Of a stretch of 64,000 nt of DNA, positions 51,881 through 64,000 are shown in pieces. Source of the DNA: Balanoglossus misakiensis (Eukaryota; Animalia; Hemichordata). The notes under the pieces are model-generated. The model saw only the letters and a list, made by a program, of their open reading frames with translations. It did no database searches and was not told the DNA's origin. The stretch spans positions 11,565,654 through 11,629,653 of the forward strand of contig CM082577.2 in NCBI GenBank assembly GCA_040954595.2, given 5' to 3'. Position 1 is the stretch's first letter. Every line of letters begins with the position of its first letter. Made by a program: the position numbers and the translations under genes.

Positions 51881-53531
51881 ATGGCGACTGAGTTCGAAGA
51901 TTTCTTGTTTTTGCGTACTTTTTTGAGGATTTTGATGAATCTTTAGATTCTGCGGCAGTTTGGCAACTCCGAATAAATACTGCCATCATTGCCTCTCTGA
52001 GCTGTTTATTTTTGCGCCGAAAATACGTCCCGAAGATACAAAATTTTGCCGAAGATATCGTACCTCAGTATTCTTTGCAGGATTTTTGCATCCATTTCCG
52101 TATTTGCAAAGATATCTTCACGTTTGTTCTGGGTCGCATCGCCCACAAACTGGCAATAGAACAATGCGGTGGCCGCCCTCAAGTGCCTCCAGAAAAACAA
52201 TTATTGGTATGGATTTGGTACATGGTAAACCAGGAATCCATCAGAGAAGTTGGTCACATTTTCAATCTCTCCAAATCCACAGTCCATTCAACAGTAAAGC
52301 GTGTCACAAAAGCTATCATTGCTGTGATGAAAGATGTAAGTACATTGTAAAGTACATTTTCTAGATTATCTTCATGGATTATTTTTGAATACAAATATAT
52401 TTTAACATTTCAATAATATACAGTTGGTAATGCATAATTTCAAGCTCTGTTTAATTATTGCTATCAAAGAACATATTAAAGGGGACAGTTAAAAATTATC
52501 CTTTAGCATTTTCTTTTAGTATTATGGTTCTCTGTGTCAACATTTTTTTTTCTACTGCACTCTGTATAGCAAGCTGAAATGTCCAATATTATGTTTGTCA
52601 TAATTGCAGGTATGTGTAAAAATTAATGTTGAAAAATGACTTATCAATATTTGTAGGTTATCAGGTGGCCAACACAAGAGCGACAGAGGGAGATTTCACA
52701 GAGTTTTCAGCTTGATTGTGGTTTACCAGGTATAGTGGGCATTATTGATGGCACTCACATTAGACTGGCTGGTTGTATTGGTGGAGCTCAAGACTATATA
52801 AATAGGAAAGGTTATCCATCCATGCAACTTCAGGTAAGAAAATTCATTTTTTTTTTATAGAGAAAAATTTATATCTTCCATCATGACATGTGTCATTCTT
52901 GAATTTAAAAATAAAACCTGTTGAAATGTTGGTTAGTCTCTGCCATTGAGAATTTTATCAAGTTACATAAATGTAGGAGATTCTTGACAAAAAGTGTCCT
53001 TTTTTTCAGGTCATTGTTGATGATAATCTATTAATCACCAATGCATACACTGGATGGCCTGGTTGTACACACGATGCCCGTGTCCTTCGAAATTCTTCCC
53101 TGTACACAAGACTGGAGACTAATGAAGTAACTATGGGTCCTGGGAGATACATCATTGGTGATTCTGCATACCCTTTGAGAGAATGGCTTATCACTCCCTT
53201 CAGAGACAATGGATTTTTAACCATTCAGCAGCGCAGGTTCAATCGCGTCTTTTCATCCTGCCGTCAAAATGTTGAACGATCAATTGGGCATTTAAAGGGT
53301 CGTGTTAGGAGGCTCAGAGAATTGCCTATGCATAGTCCTGAAGATGTGTGTGAGACTATAATTTCTGGCTGTATTCTTCACAATCTATGTATTATCCATC
53401 ATGATGATGTGGAAAACTATATTGATTTAGATCCACAGCATATTGATGATCCAAACCAATATCCAAATGTTCATGTGAATGCACCTGGGGGTATTGCCAG
53501 AAGACAGCAACTCATGAATCATTTACATTAA
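51881..53531 (+). CDS. Harbinger (HARBI1-like, DDE_Tnp_4) transposase, 3 exons, with an apparent 1-nt frameshift near the 5' end
   Basis: Exons 51881-52335, 52657-52833 and 53010-53531. Motifs FCIHFRI, HTH (SIREVGHIFNLSKSTV), GIIDGTHI, NRKGYPSMQLQ, GWPGCTHDARV, IGDSAYP and VERSIGHLKGR. Frame breaks near the T-run at ~51918-51924. Confidence 0.9.
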
Positions 53532-54498
53532 GAGTGTCAACATCATTAGGTATCTTAATGGATTGCCTTTCACACATGAAAATGAAACCTTTTTTCTTGA
53601 TTTAGTTATAAAAATAAGTTATGCACTGGGATAAATGTTTTTTTATCATCTTGTTATGCATATTGTGTATTTGAAGTGTTAAGTGTGACTCTGGACATGA
53701 AATATTTATTGATTAAAATATATATGGTTAAGTCGACATTGAAGGATTCAAAGCCTGACTTTCTATTGCTGGTAACATTTTAAATGTACAATCTTACCTG
53801 GATAAAAAAAAAAAAAAAAACACACTTTATGTTTGTATATGATATAACAATTTATTGTAAAGGTTCAAATGTTTTTTAAAGATAAAGAATTCACTTTTAT
53901 CCATCAATAATAATAATAGAATAAATATTATAGACAATAAATACATTCATAAGTTATGCAATAATTACTTAATAAATAAAGAGTATCAATATATTAACTA
54001 TAAACATTGAAAATGACTTTGCATTTTTACATTTGTTTTTCATAAGTTATGATGTAATAATTTCTAGTAATAAATAAAAAGTATCACATATTATTAACTA
54101 TAAACATTGGTAATGACTTTTGAATTTTTACATTTGTTTTTAAAGTTCAACGTCTTCATACATATAATACATACATACCATACATACATAAATGCCAACA
54201 GCAATGCTAATAAATTATTTGAGATTTTCAAAATATTTTTTAAGGTTATCATGTGTACATGGAATAATTCTGATTAAAAATTGAGTTTGTCAAATAAAAA
54301 AAAAAATAAAAAAATCATCACGAACATGTAGTATGAACATATAACACTCCAATAAAATTTTAACAATTGTCCAGAAATTCAGATACTTCTACAACTATAA
54401 CAGTATCAATGAAAACGTTTAGTAACAATAAACTTTATGAAATATTTCATTTAGATAAAACATTTTTGAATTTTGTCAAATTTATTATACGGTAATCT

Positions 54499-55213
54499 TT
54501 ATTTCTTATTGACAGACTGCTCGTATAAATCCAACATTCTATCCATTCTTCTCATTTTCTCTGTATGTTGTTTTTCCATCATCCCAAACAAATCATCAGT
54601 GTCAGATGTGCTTGGTGTTATCTCTGTAGGTTCTGTAGTCGTCATTTCTGTTGTTGTTTCTGTCACTGTGTCTGTGTTATTTTTACTTTTGTCGGTCGTC
54701 AAATCAAGCGAATCCATCGTACATGTGGGCTGTGTCGATTCCTTCATCCCATATAAATTATCAAACTCATTGAAATGTCGACACGTTTTCCTTTCTGCTC
54801 CAGTTTTCTTTCGGTTATCAATCACTTCCATATAATTTTTTTTTTTAAATTTTTCCATTTATCCCTTGCCTGTGTGACAGACACAGAAACCCCCGCCTCT
54901 CCCATTTTAGACACAATGGACTGCCACAACTTCTCATGTCTAACACTAGTTTTAAATAAATCTTCCATGTCAGACCTCAACACTACAAGTAAATTTTCTT
55001 CTCTATCATTCCAAATGTGAATTCTAGCTACGTTTTCTGTGCTGTGTGATGTTGTTCCTGCTTTACTTCGTTCATGTGGTTGCTGAGTGTTTGTGTTCTT
55101 TTCACCTTGTCCTTGACTGCTTTGGTTCTGGTCGAGGTCTTGTACCTTTTCCTTTTGTTTTCCGTTGTGTGCTGCAATAGCTTGTGAAATGATAGCTTGT
55201 TTGATGTTAAAGT
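54499..55213 (-). pseudogene. Harbinger Myb/SANT (trihelix) DNA-binding partner, last exon, frameshifted
   Basis: HIWNDREENLLV...HEKLWQSIVSKM...QARDKWKNLKK, then an A11 frameshift, then YMEVIDNRKKTGAERKTCRHFNEFDNLYG and a C-terminal coiled coil. Acceptor TTAACAG is present; no upstream exon was found. Confidence 0.8.
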
Positions 55214-55420
55214 CTGTTAAATATAAGAATGGGTATAGTCAAGACAAGTTTATTTCTATTTGCTCACCAAAACATGATTCTATCAGATTAATTACTGTTG
55301 AACTTGAATCCTTAGTACATAAAACCAAAAATGAAATTATTTAATTATAGTTCAGCTTTGTAGAGATATTTAGACATTTTACCACTTTTAGATGACCAAC
55401 ACAGAAAATATTTGTTTATA

Positions 55421-58400
55421 AACATAAGTGACGTGAGCGGACAATGCCTTAGACACACAGTCCCTAACCCTAACCCTAACCCCTAACCCTAACCCTAAGC
55501 CTAAAAGTGCATATAAATTGACGTAGGGGGGGGGGGTAAATTAGTCTTGTAAAATACTGTCTCTCTGAATGTATACCTAGAACAACAGGGAAGTATTTGG
55601 TATCAAAAGAAAGCTTAATAAACAAGCTTTCCATTAATTACAAAATTAAAGTGATATGACAAATCATGACATCATAGTGACGTCATAAGTCAAAATACCC
55701 TTACGAAAATGGTGTTCTGTTCACCTATAATTTGTATAAATGTGAGGTTTTGCAAAACACGTCTCTGAGCAATTGTACTGATGAAAACTGTGATGTGTTT
55801 GGTATCAACAGAAAGCTGATTGAGTAAAGTATCTAATTATTGCAAAATATTGATATAATAATCAATTACGTCATCATTACGTCATACTTCCAAGTACCCT
55901 TACCAATTAGTGACTATGATGACAAGTTATTACCCTAGGAGATAGGTGCCTTTAAAAAAAAAAAAAAATTGGTAAGGAAGGTTTGTGAAGTCCATTCTAT
56001 GTAAAAAATGGTGCTGATTCCAAAAAAGGCAGTCTTATTGACCCCACCCAAGACAAAATTGCCATTTTGGCACTTTTTAACCCAAAAAAGGTCATTTTTA
56101 GAAAACACTAAAAACACACTGTTTTCGTCACATTCGAAGATCTGATGACATATGATATGCCTATTCTATGTAAAATTTGGTTGATATTACGAAAAAGGCA
56201 GTCTAACTGACCCCACCCAAGACAAAATTGCCGTTTTGGCACTTTTTAACCCAAAAAACGTCATTTTTAGACAAAACTGAAAACACACTCTTCTCTTCAT
56301 ATTGATTGATTTGATGATATATGGAAAGTCAATTCTATGTGTAAAATGGTGACTATAAAACATAAAGCAGTCTTTTTGACCCCAATCAATACAAAAATGC
56401 CATTTTTGGCCATATTTTTGAGGTCAAATAAGGTCATTTTTACAAAAAAAAAAAAAAAAAAAAACTAAAAACAAACTGTTTTCTTCATATTCAGAGATCT
56501 GATTATGTATGAAAAGTCCATTCTGTGTATAAAAAATCTGATTGACCCCATTCTAGTCAAAATTGCGTTTTTGGTAATTTATTGCCTAAAAAGACCTATT
56601 TAAGACAAATTTATCATTTTAAACATTTTCTAGAGAAAAAAATGTTTGCATTTGGAGATAGCCCAAATTGAACTCATAATGATGATGACACAGCGACGAC
56701 AGTAAAAGAAGTTATACGAATTGAACCAAAGTCGCATCGATGAATCTAAACACGTCGCCCAGGACCAAGCATTAAACATGATACAGGCGACAAAAAGACA
56801 GGCACTGCACATGGCAAAGTCCCAAATATTCACTTAGAGCATCTCCAAATTGAAACGTCAAGGAATTTAAGAGTTTTTATTATAATTATTAGGTTTAAAC
56901 CCACATTTTCCCGTTGTGTGCTAGTTCAGGGGCCAGTTTTAGCTCTATTGAGTATTTAGCATCGTGGGATTGCACCCCTGTCCAATCAAAATGACGGAGG
57001 TATCATGATATAATATAATTTCTGATTTTGTATTCAGAACGAAGAGGATAAATGTTAACAATCTATCCGGAGCTGGTATAGATGTACATAAAAAATTTAT
57101 ACCATGTATAACCGACTTATAGTATACAGTGTGAATACATGGATCGTCTCGTTTTATTGTTGAGTTCCATTTTGGGCTAAATGTGCCAAATTGTGGCAAC
57201 TCTGCCTTTCAATATCATCAATTCAACTGATATCATATGGTATGACATTTTAAATATGCAAATATAACATCAAAACTCAAAAGGCAAAAAACACCAATTA
57301 TTTTGTTTTCTGAAAAAGACAATTGTTGACTAGAAGATGGCTTAGTGGCAATTTTGTATTGAGTGGGGTCTTAATAAGACTGTTGCGTTGGTATCAGCAT
57401 ATTTTTTGCAAAAAATGGACTTTCCATTCATAATCAAACATTTAAATACGAAGAAAACAGCTTGTTTTTCATTTTTTCTTGAAATGACCTTTTTGACCAA
57501 AAATGGCCAAAATGACAATTTTGTAGGGCTGAAAAGATTTTTTTTTTTTTTTTTTTGGAATCGGCTCCCATTCAACAAAAATGGACCTTCTCCGTACATC
57601 ATAAGATCTGAAAAATAAAGAAAGAAGTTTTCAAACAGTTACCTTTTTTGAGCAAAGTGGCCAAAATGGCATTTTTTCCCTCTGCGGAGTCAGTAAGAGT
57701 GCTTTTTTGGAAAAATCGCTAATTTTAAGATAGAATGGACTTTTATTTATTATTAGATCACCAAAGGGAAACAAATAGCTTGTTTTTAGTATTTTCTAAG
57801 TATTTTCATCTTCATTGAGATCAATAAGATTGCTTTTTCTAGAGTCAACAGCAATTTTACAATAAATTGACTTTTCATACATGATCAAATTTCCAAATAC
57901 AAAGAAAAAACGTTTGCTTATTTCTTAAAATGGCCTTTTTGGGCAAAAAGTGGTAAAAATGGCACATTTGCCTTGAGTGGGGTTAATAAGGCTGCTATTT
58001 CTGGAATCAGAACTATTTTACATAGCATAAACTTTTCATATATCACATGATCTCTGAATATGAAGAAAACAGTTTGTTTTTAGTTTTTTTTTTGTAAAAA
58101 TGACCTTTTTTGACCTCAAAAATATGGCCAAAAATGGCATTTTTAGAAAACACTCAAAACTTATATATTTTCTTCACTTTCGGAGATCTGATAATGTATT
58201 GTATACCCACCTTGTGTAAAATTTGGTAGGTATTCAAAAAAGTAGGTTTATTGGCGCCACTCAAGATTAAAGTGCGTTTTTTGGCAAGTTTTTGCCCAAA
58301 AAGGCCATTTTAAGAAATAAGCAAACGTTTTTTCTTTGTATTTGGAAATTTGATCATGTATGAAAAGTCAATTTATTGTAAAATTGCTGTTGACTCTAGA

Positions 58401-60820
58401 AAAAGCAATCTTATTGATCTCAATGAAGATGAAAATACTTAGAAAATACTAAAAACAAGCTATTTGTTTCCCTTTGGTGATCTAATAATAAATAAAAGTC
58501 CATTCTATCTTAAAATTAGCGATTTTTCCAAAAAAGCACTCTTACTGACTCCACAGAGGGAAAAAATGCCATTTTGGCCACTTTGCTCAAAAAAGGTAAC
58601 TGTTTGAAAACTTCTTTCTTTATTTTTCAGATCTTATGATGTACGGAGAAGGTCCATTTTTGTTGAATGGGAGCCGATTCCAAAAAAAAAAAAAAAAAAT
58701 CTTTTCAGCCCTACAAAATTGTCATTTTGGCCATTTTTGGTCAAAAAGGTCATTTCAAGAAAAAATGAAAAACAAGCTGTTTTCTTCGTATTTAAATGTT
58801 TGATTATGAATGGAAAGTCCATTTTTTGCAAAAAATATGCTGATACCAACGCAACAGTCTTATTAAGACCCCACTCAATACAAAATTGCCACTAAGCCAT
58901 CTTCTAGTCAACAATTGTCTTTTTCAGAAAACAAAATAATTGGTGTTTTTTGCCTTTTGAGTTTTGATGTTATATTTGCATATTTAAAATGTCATACCAT
59001 ATGATATCAGTTGAATTGATGATATTGAAAGGCAGAGTTGCCACAATTTGGCACATTTAGCCCAAAATGGAACTCAACAATAAAACGAGACGATCCATGT
59101 ATTCACACTGTATACTATAAGTCGGTTATACATGGTATAAATTTTTTATGTACATCTATACCAGCTCCGGATAGATTGTTAACATTTATCCTCTTCGTTC
59201 TGAATACAAAATCAGAAATTATATTATATCATGATACCTCCGTCATTTTGATTGGACAGGGGTGCAATCCCACGATGCTAAATACTCAATAGAGCTAAAA
59301 CTGGCCCCTGAACTAGCACACAACGGGAAAATGTGGGTTTAAACCTAATAATTATAATAAAAACTATTAAATTCCTTGACGTTTCAATTTGGAGATGCTC
59401 TAAGTGAATATTTGGGACTTTGCCATGTGCAGTGCCTGTCTTTTTGTCGCCTGTATCATGTTTAATGCTTGGTCCTGGGCGACGTGTTTAGATTCATCGA
59501 TGCGACTTTGGTTCAATTCGTATAACTTCTTTTACTGTCGTCGCTGTGTCATCATCATTATGAGTTCAATTTGGGCTATCTCCAAATGCAAACATTTTTT
59601 TCTCTAGAAAATGTTTAAAATGATAAATTTGTCTTAAATAGGTCTTTTTAGGCAATAAATTACCAAAAACGCAATTTTGACTAGAATGGGGTCAATCAGA
59701 TTTTTTATACACAGAATGGACTTTTCATACATAATCAGATCTCTGAATATGAAGAAAACAGTTTGTTTTTAGTTTTTTTTTTTTTTTTTTTTTGTAAAAA
59801 TGACCTTATTTGACCTCAAAAATATGGCCAAAAATGGCATTTTTGTATTGATTGGGGTCAAAAAGACTGCTTTATGTTTTATAGTCACCATTTTACACAT
59901 AGAATTGACTTTCCATATATCATCAAATCAATCAATATGAAGAGAAGAGTGTGTTTTCAGTTTTGTCTAAAAATGACGTTTTTTGGGTTAAAAAGTGCCA
60001 AAACGGCAATTTTGTCTTGGGTGGGGTCAGTTAGACTGCCTTTTTCGTAATATCAACCAAATTTTACATAGAATAGGCATATCATATGTCATCAGATCTT
60101 CGAATGTGACGAAAACAGTGTGTTTTTAGTGTTTTCTAAAAATGACCTTTTTTGGGTTAAAAAGTGCCAAAATGGCAATTTTGTCTTGGGTGGGGTCAAT
60201 AAGACTGCCTTTTTTGGAATCAGCACCATTTTTTACATAGAATGGACTTCACAAACCTTCCTTACCAATTTTTTTTTTTTTTTTAAAGGCACCTATCTCC
60301 TAGGGTAATAACTTGTCATCATAGTCACTAATTGGTAAGGGTACTTGGAAGTATGACGTAATGATGACGTAATTGATTATTATATCAATATTTTGCAATA
60401 ATTAGATACTTTACTCAATCAGCTTTCTGTTGATACCAAACACATCACAGTTTTCATCAGTACAATTGCTCAGAGACGTGTTTTGCAAAACCTCACATTT
60501 ATACAAATTATAGGTGAACAGAACACCATTTTCGTAAGGGTATTTTGACTTATGACGTCACTATGATGTCATGATTTGTCATATCACTTTAATTTTGTAA
60601 TTAATGGAAAGCTTGTTTATTAAGCTTTCTTTTGATACCAAATACTTCCCTGTTGTTCTAGGTATACATTCAGAGAGACAGTATTTTACAAGACTAATTT
60701 ACCCCCCCCCCCCCCTACGTCAATTTATATGCACTTTTAGGCTTAGGGTTAGGGTTAGGGGTTAGGGTTAGGGTTAGGGACTGTGTGTCTAAGGCATTGT
60801 CCGCTCACGTCACTTATGTT
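55421..60820. repeat. Repeat-rich core inserted in the Myb intron: (CCCTAA)n tract plus ~170-bp satellite-like arrays in alternating orientation
   Basis: (CCCTAA)n at 55462-55504 and (TTAGGG)n at ~60737-60779. GACCCCACCCAAGACAAAATTGCC recurs at ~56040 and ~56209, with variants at ~56378 and ~56544. Inverted units at ~57340-58140. Confidence 0.75.
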
Positions 60821-61027
60821 TATAAACAAATATTTTCTGTGTTGGTCATCTAAAAGTGGTAAAATGTCTAAATATCTCTACAAAGCTGAACTATAATTAA
60901 ATAATTTCATTTTTGGTTTTATGTACTAAGGATTCAAGTTCAACAGTAATTAATCTGATAGAATCATGTTTTGGTGAGCAAATAGAAATAAACTTGTCTT
61001 GACTATACCCATTCTTATATTTAACAG

Positions 61028-61742
61028 ACTTTAACATCAAACAAGCTATCATTTCACAAGCTATTGCAGCACACAACGGAAAACAAAAGGAAAAGGTACA
61101 AGACCTCGACCAGAACCAAAGCAGTCAAGGACAAGGTGAAAAGAACACAAACACTCAGCAACCACATGAACGAAGTAAAGCAGGAACAACATCACACAGC
61201 ACAGAAAACGTAGCTAGAATTCACATTTGGAATGATAGAGAAGAAAATTTACTTGTAGTGTTGAGGTCTGACATGGAAGATTTATTTAAAACTAGTGTTA
61301 GACATGAGAAGTTGTGGCAGTCCATTGTGTCTAAAATGGGAGAGGCGGGGGTTTCTGTGTCTGTCACACAGGCAAGGGATAAATGGAAAAATTTAAAAAA
61401 AAAAATTATATGGAAGTGATTGATAACCGAAAGAAAACTGGAGCAGAAAGGAAAACGTGTCGACATTTCAATGAGTTTGATAATTTATATGGGATGAAGG
61501 AATCGACACAGCCCACATGTACGATGGATTCGCTTGATTTGACGACCGACAAAAGTAAAAATAACACAGACACAGTGACAGAAACAACAACAGAAATGAC
61601 GACTACAGAACCTACAGAGATAACACCAAGCACATCTGACACTGATGATTTGTTTGGGATGATGGAAAAACAACATACAGAGAAAATGAGAAGAATGGAT
61701 AGAATGTTGGATTTATACGAGCAGTCTGTCAATAAGAAATAA
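61028..61742 (+). pseudogene. Mirror copy of the Myb/SANT partner exon with the same A11 frameshift
   Basis: Reverse complement of 54499-55213. Confidence 0.8.
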
Positions 61743-62708
61743 AGATTACCGTATAATAAATTTGACAAAATTCAAAAATGTTTTATCTAAATGAAATATT
61801 TCATAAAGTTTATTGTTACTAAACGTTTTCATTGATACTGTTATAGTTGTAGAAGTATCTGAATTTCTGGACAATTGTTAAAATTTTATTGGAGTGTTAT
61901 ATGTTCATACTACATGTTCGTGATGATTTTTTTATTTTTTTTTTTATTTGACAAACTCAATTTTTAATCAGAATTATTCCATGTACACATGATAACCTTA
62001 AAAAATATTTTGAAAATCTCAAATAATTTATTAGCATTGCTGTTGGCATTTATGTATGTATGGTATGTATGTATTATATGTATGAAGACGTTGAACTTTA
62101 AAAACAAATGTAAAAATTCAAAAGTCATTACCAATGTTTATAGTTAATAATATGTGATACTTTTTATTTATTACTAGAAATTATTACATCATAACTTATG
62201 AAAAACAAATGTAAAAATGCAAAGTCATTTTCAATGTTTATAGTTAATATATTGATACTCTTTATTTATTAAGTAATTATTGCATAACTTATGAATGTAT
62301 TTATTGTCTATAATATTTATTCTATTATTATTATTGATGGATAAAAGTGAATTCTTTATCTTTAAAAAACATTTGAACCTTTACAATAAATTGTTATATC
62401 AAATACAAACATAAAGTGTGTTTTTTTTTTTTTTTTATCCAGGTAAGATTGTACATTTAAAATGTTACCAGCAATAGAAAGTCAGGCTTTGAATCCTTCA
62501 ATGTCGACTTAACCATATATATTTTAATCAATAAATATTTCATGTCCAGAGTCACACTTAACACTTCAAATACACAATATGCATAACAAGATGATAAAAA
62601 AACATTTATCCCAGTGCATAACTTATTTTTATAACTAAATCAAGAAAAAAGGTTTCATTTTCATGTGTGAAAGGCAATCCATTAAGATACCTAATGATGT
62701 TGACACTC

Positions 62709-64000
62709 TTAATGTAAATGATTCATGAGTTGCTGTCTTCTGGCAATACCCCCAGGTGCATTCACATGAACATTTGGATATTGGTTTGGATCATCAATAT
62801 GCTGTGGATCTAAATCAATATAGTTTTCCACATCATCATGATGGATAATACATAGATTGTGAAGAATACAGCCAGAAATTATAGTCTCACACACATCTTC
62901 AGGACTATGCATAGGCAATTCTCTGAGCCTCCTAACACGACCCTTTAAATGCCCAATTGATCGTTCAACATTTTGACGGCAGGATGAAAAGACGCGATTG
63001 AACCTGCGCTGCTGAATGGTTAAAAATCCATTGTCTCTGAAGGGAGTGATAAGCCATTCTCTCAAAGGGTATGCAGAATCACCAATGATGTATCTCCCAG
63101 GACCCATAGTTACTTCATTAGTCTCCAGTCTTGTGTACAGGGAAGAATTTCGAAGGACACGGGCATCGTGTGTACAACCAGGCCATCCAGTGTATGCATT
63201 GGTGATTAATAGATTATCATCAACAATGACCTGAAAAAAAGGACACTTTTTGTCAAGAATCTCCTACATTTATGTAACTTGATAAAATTCTCAATGGCAG
63301 AGACTATCCAACATTTCAACAGGTTTTATTTTTAAATTCAAGAATGACACATGTCATGATGGAAGATATAAATTTTTCTCTATAAAAAAAAAAATGAATT
63401 TTCTTACCTGAAGTTGCATGGATGGATAACCTTTCCTATTTATATAGTCTTGAGCTCCACCAATACAACCAGCCAGTCTAATGTGAGTGCCATCAATAAT
63501 GCCCACTATACCTGGTAAACCACAATCAAGCTGAAAACTCTGTGAAATCTCCCTCTGTCGCTCTTGTGTTGGCCACCTGATAACCTACAAATATTGATAA
63601 GTCATTTTTCAACATTAATTTTTACACATACCTGCAATTATGACAAACATAATATTGGACATTTCAGCTTGCTATACAGAGTGCAGTAGAAAAAAAAATG
63701 TTGACACAGAGAACCATAATACTAAAAGAAAATGCTAAAGGATAATTTTTAACTGTCCCCTTTAATATGTTCTTTGATAGCAATAATTAAACAGAGCTTG
63801 AAATTATGCATTACCAACTGTATATTATTGAAATGTTAAAATATATTTGTATTCAAAAATAATCCATGAAGATAATCTAGAAAATGTACTTTACAATGTA
63901 CTTACATCTTTCATCACAGCAATGATAGCTTTTGTGACACGCTTTACTGTTGAATGGACTGTGGATTTGGAGAGATTGAAAATGTGACCAACTTCTCTGA
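62709..64000 (-). CDS. Mirror copy of the Harbinger transposase; 5' end lies beyond the window
   Basis: Exons 63906-64000 (continuing), 63584-63408 and 63230-62709, with the same DDE motifs. Confidence 0.9.

Larger units (their letters stand above)
51729..55420. mobile_element. PIF/Harbinger DNA transposon, left copy; left boundary approximate
   Basis: Convergent DDE transposase and Myb/SANT genes are the canonical two-gene Harbinger layout. Candidate terminus GGCCTATCACCCATCACC at ~51729 has no partner visible in the window. Confidence 0.85.
52241..64000. repeat. Giant near-perfect inverted duplication; arms 52241-57949 and 58289-64000 (continuing), spacer ~340 bp
   Basis: Mirror ORFs at 53133-53531/62709-63107, 54499-54858/61383-61742 and 56945-57199/59038-59292. 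Coordinate sums are ~116238-116241. Confidence 0.97.

Noticed and set aside
51881-53531. Domesticated host gene HARBI1
   Set aside because: A convergent Myb partner, a frameshift and a recent duplication point to a transposon copy instead.
55462-55504. True telomere or chromosome-fusion site
   Set aside because: Only ~6 imperfect units, ~2.6 kb from the palindrome axis and inside a repeat element rather than at the junction.

Overview
Eukaryotic, AT-rich, intron-rich animal DNA. Gene content and repeats suggest an invertebrate deuterostome, possibly a hemichordate; the taxon is an inference. Host genes reconstructed by hand from GT-AG exons: (i) a secreted protein with signal peptide, a subtilase I9-propeptide-like stub and three tandem 597-nt pentraxin exons (+, 12561-22195); (ii) an intact 13-exon clan-3 (CYP3A-like) cytochrome P450 (-, 23295-30974); (iii) two adjacent 2-TM genes each ending in a PPSY motif (-); (iv) a Golgi carbohydrate sulfotransferase of the CHST11/HNK-1ST type (+). 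Repeats include a four-copy ~2.4-kb tandem array (2352-11462), many nested MITE/TIR/hairpin elements, and a young gag-only Gmr1-type Gypsy LTR element (40368-44325). The most striking structure is a giant near-perfect palindrome centred near 58120, with arms of at least 5.7 kb running off the window end. Each arm carries a PIF/Harbinger transposase and its Myb/SANT partner gene around a satellite-rich core. No rRNA, tRNA or CRISPR array was found.
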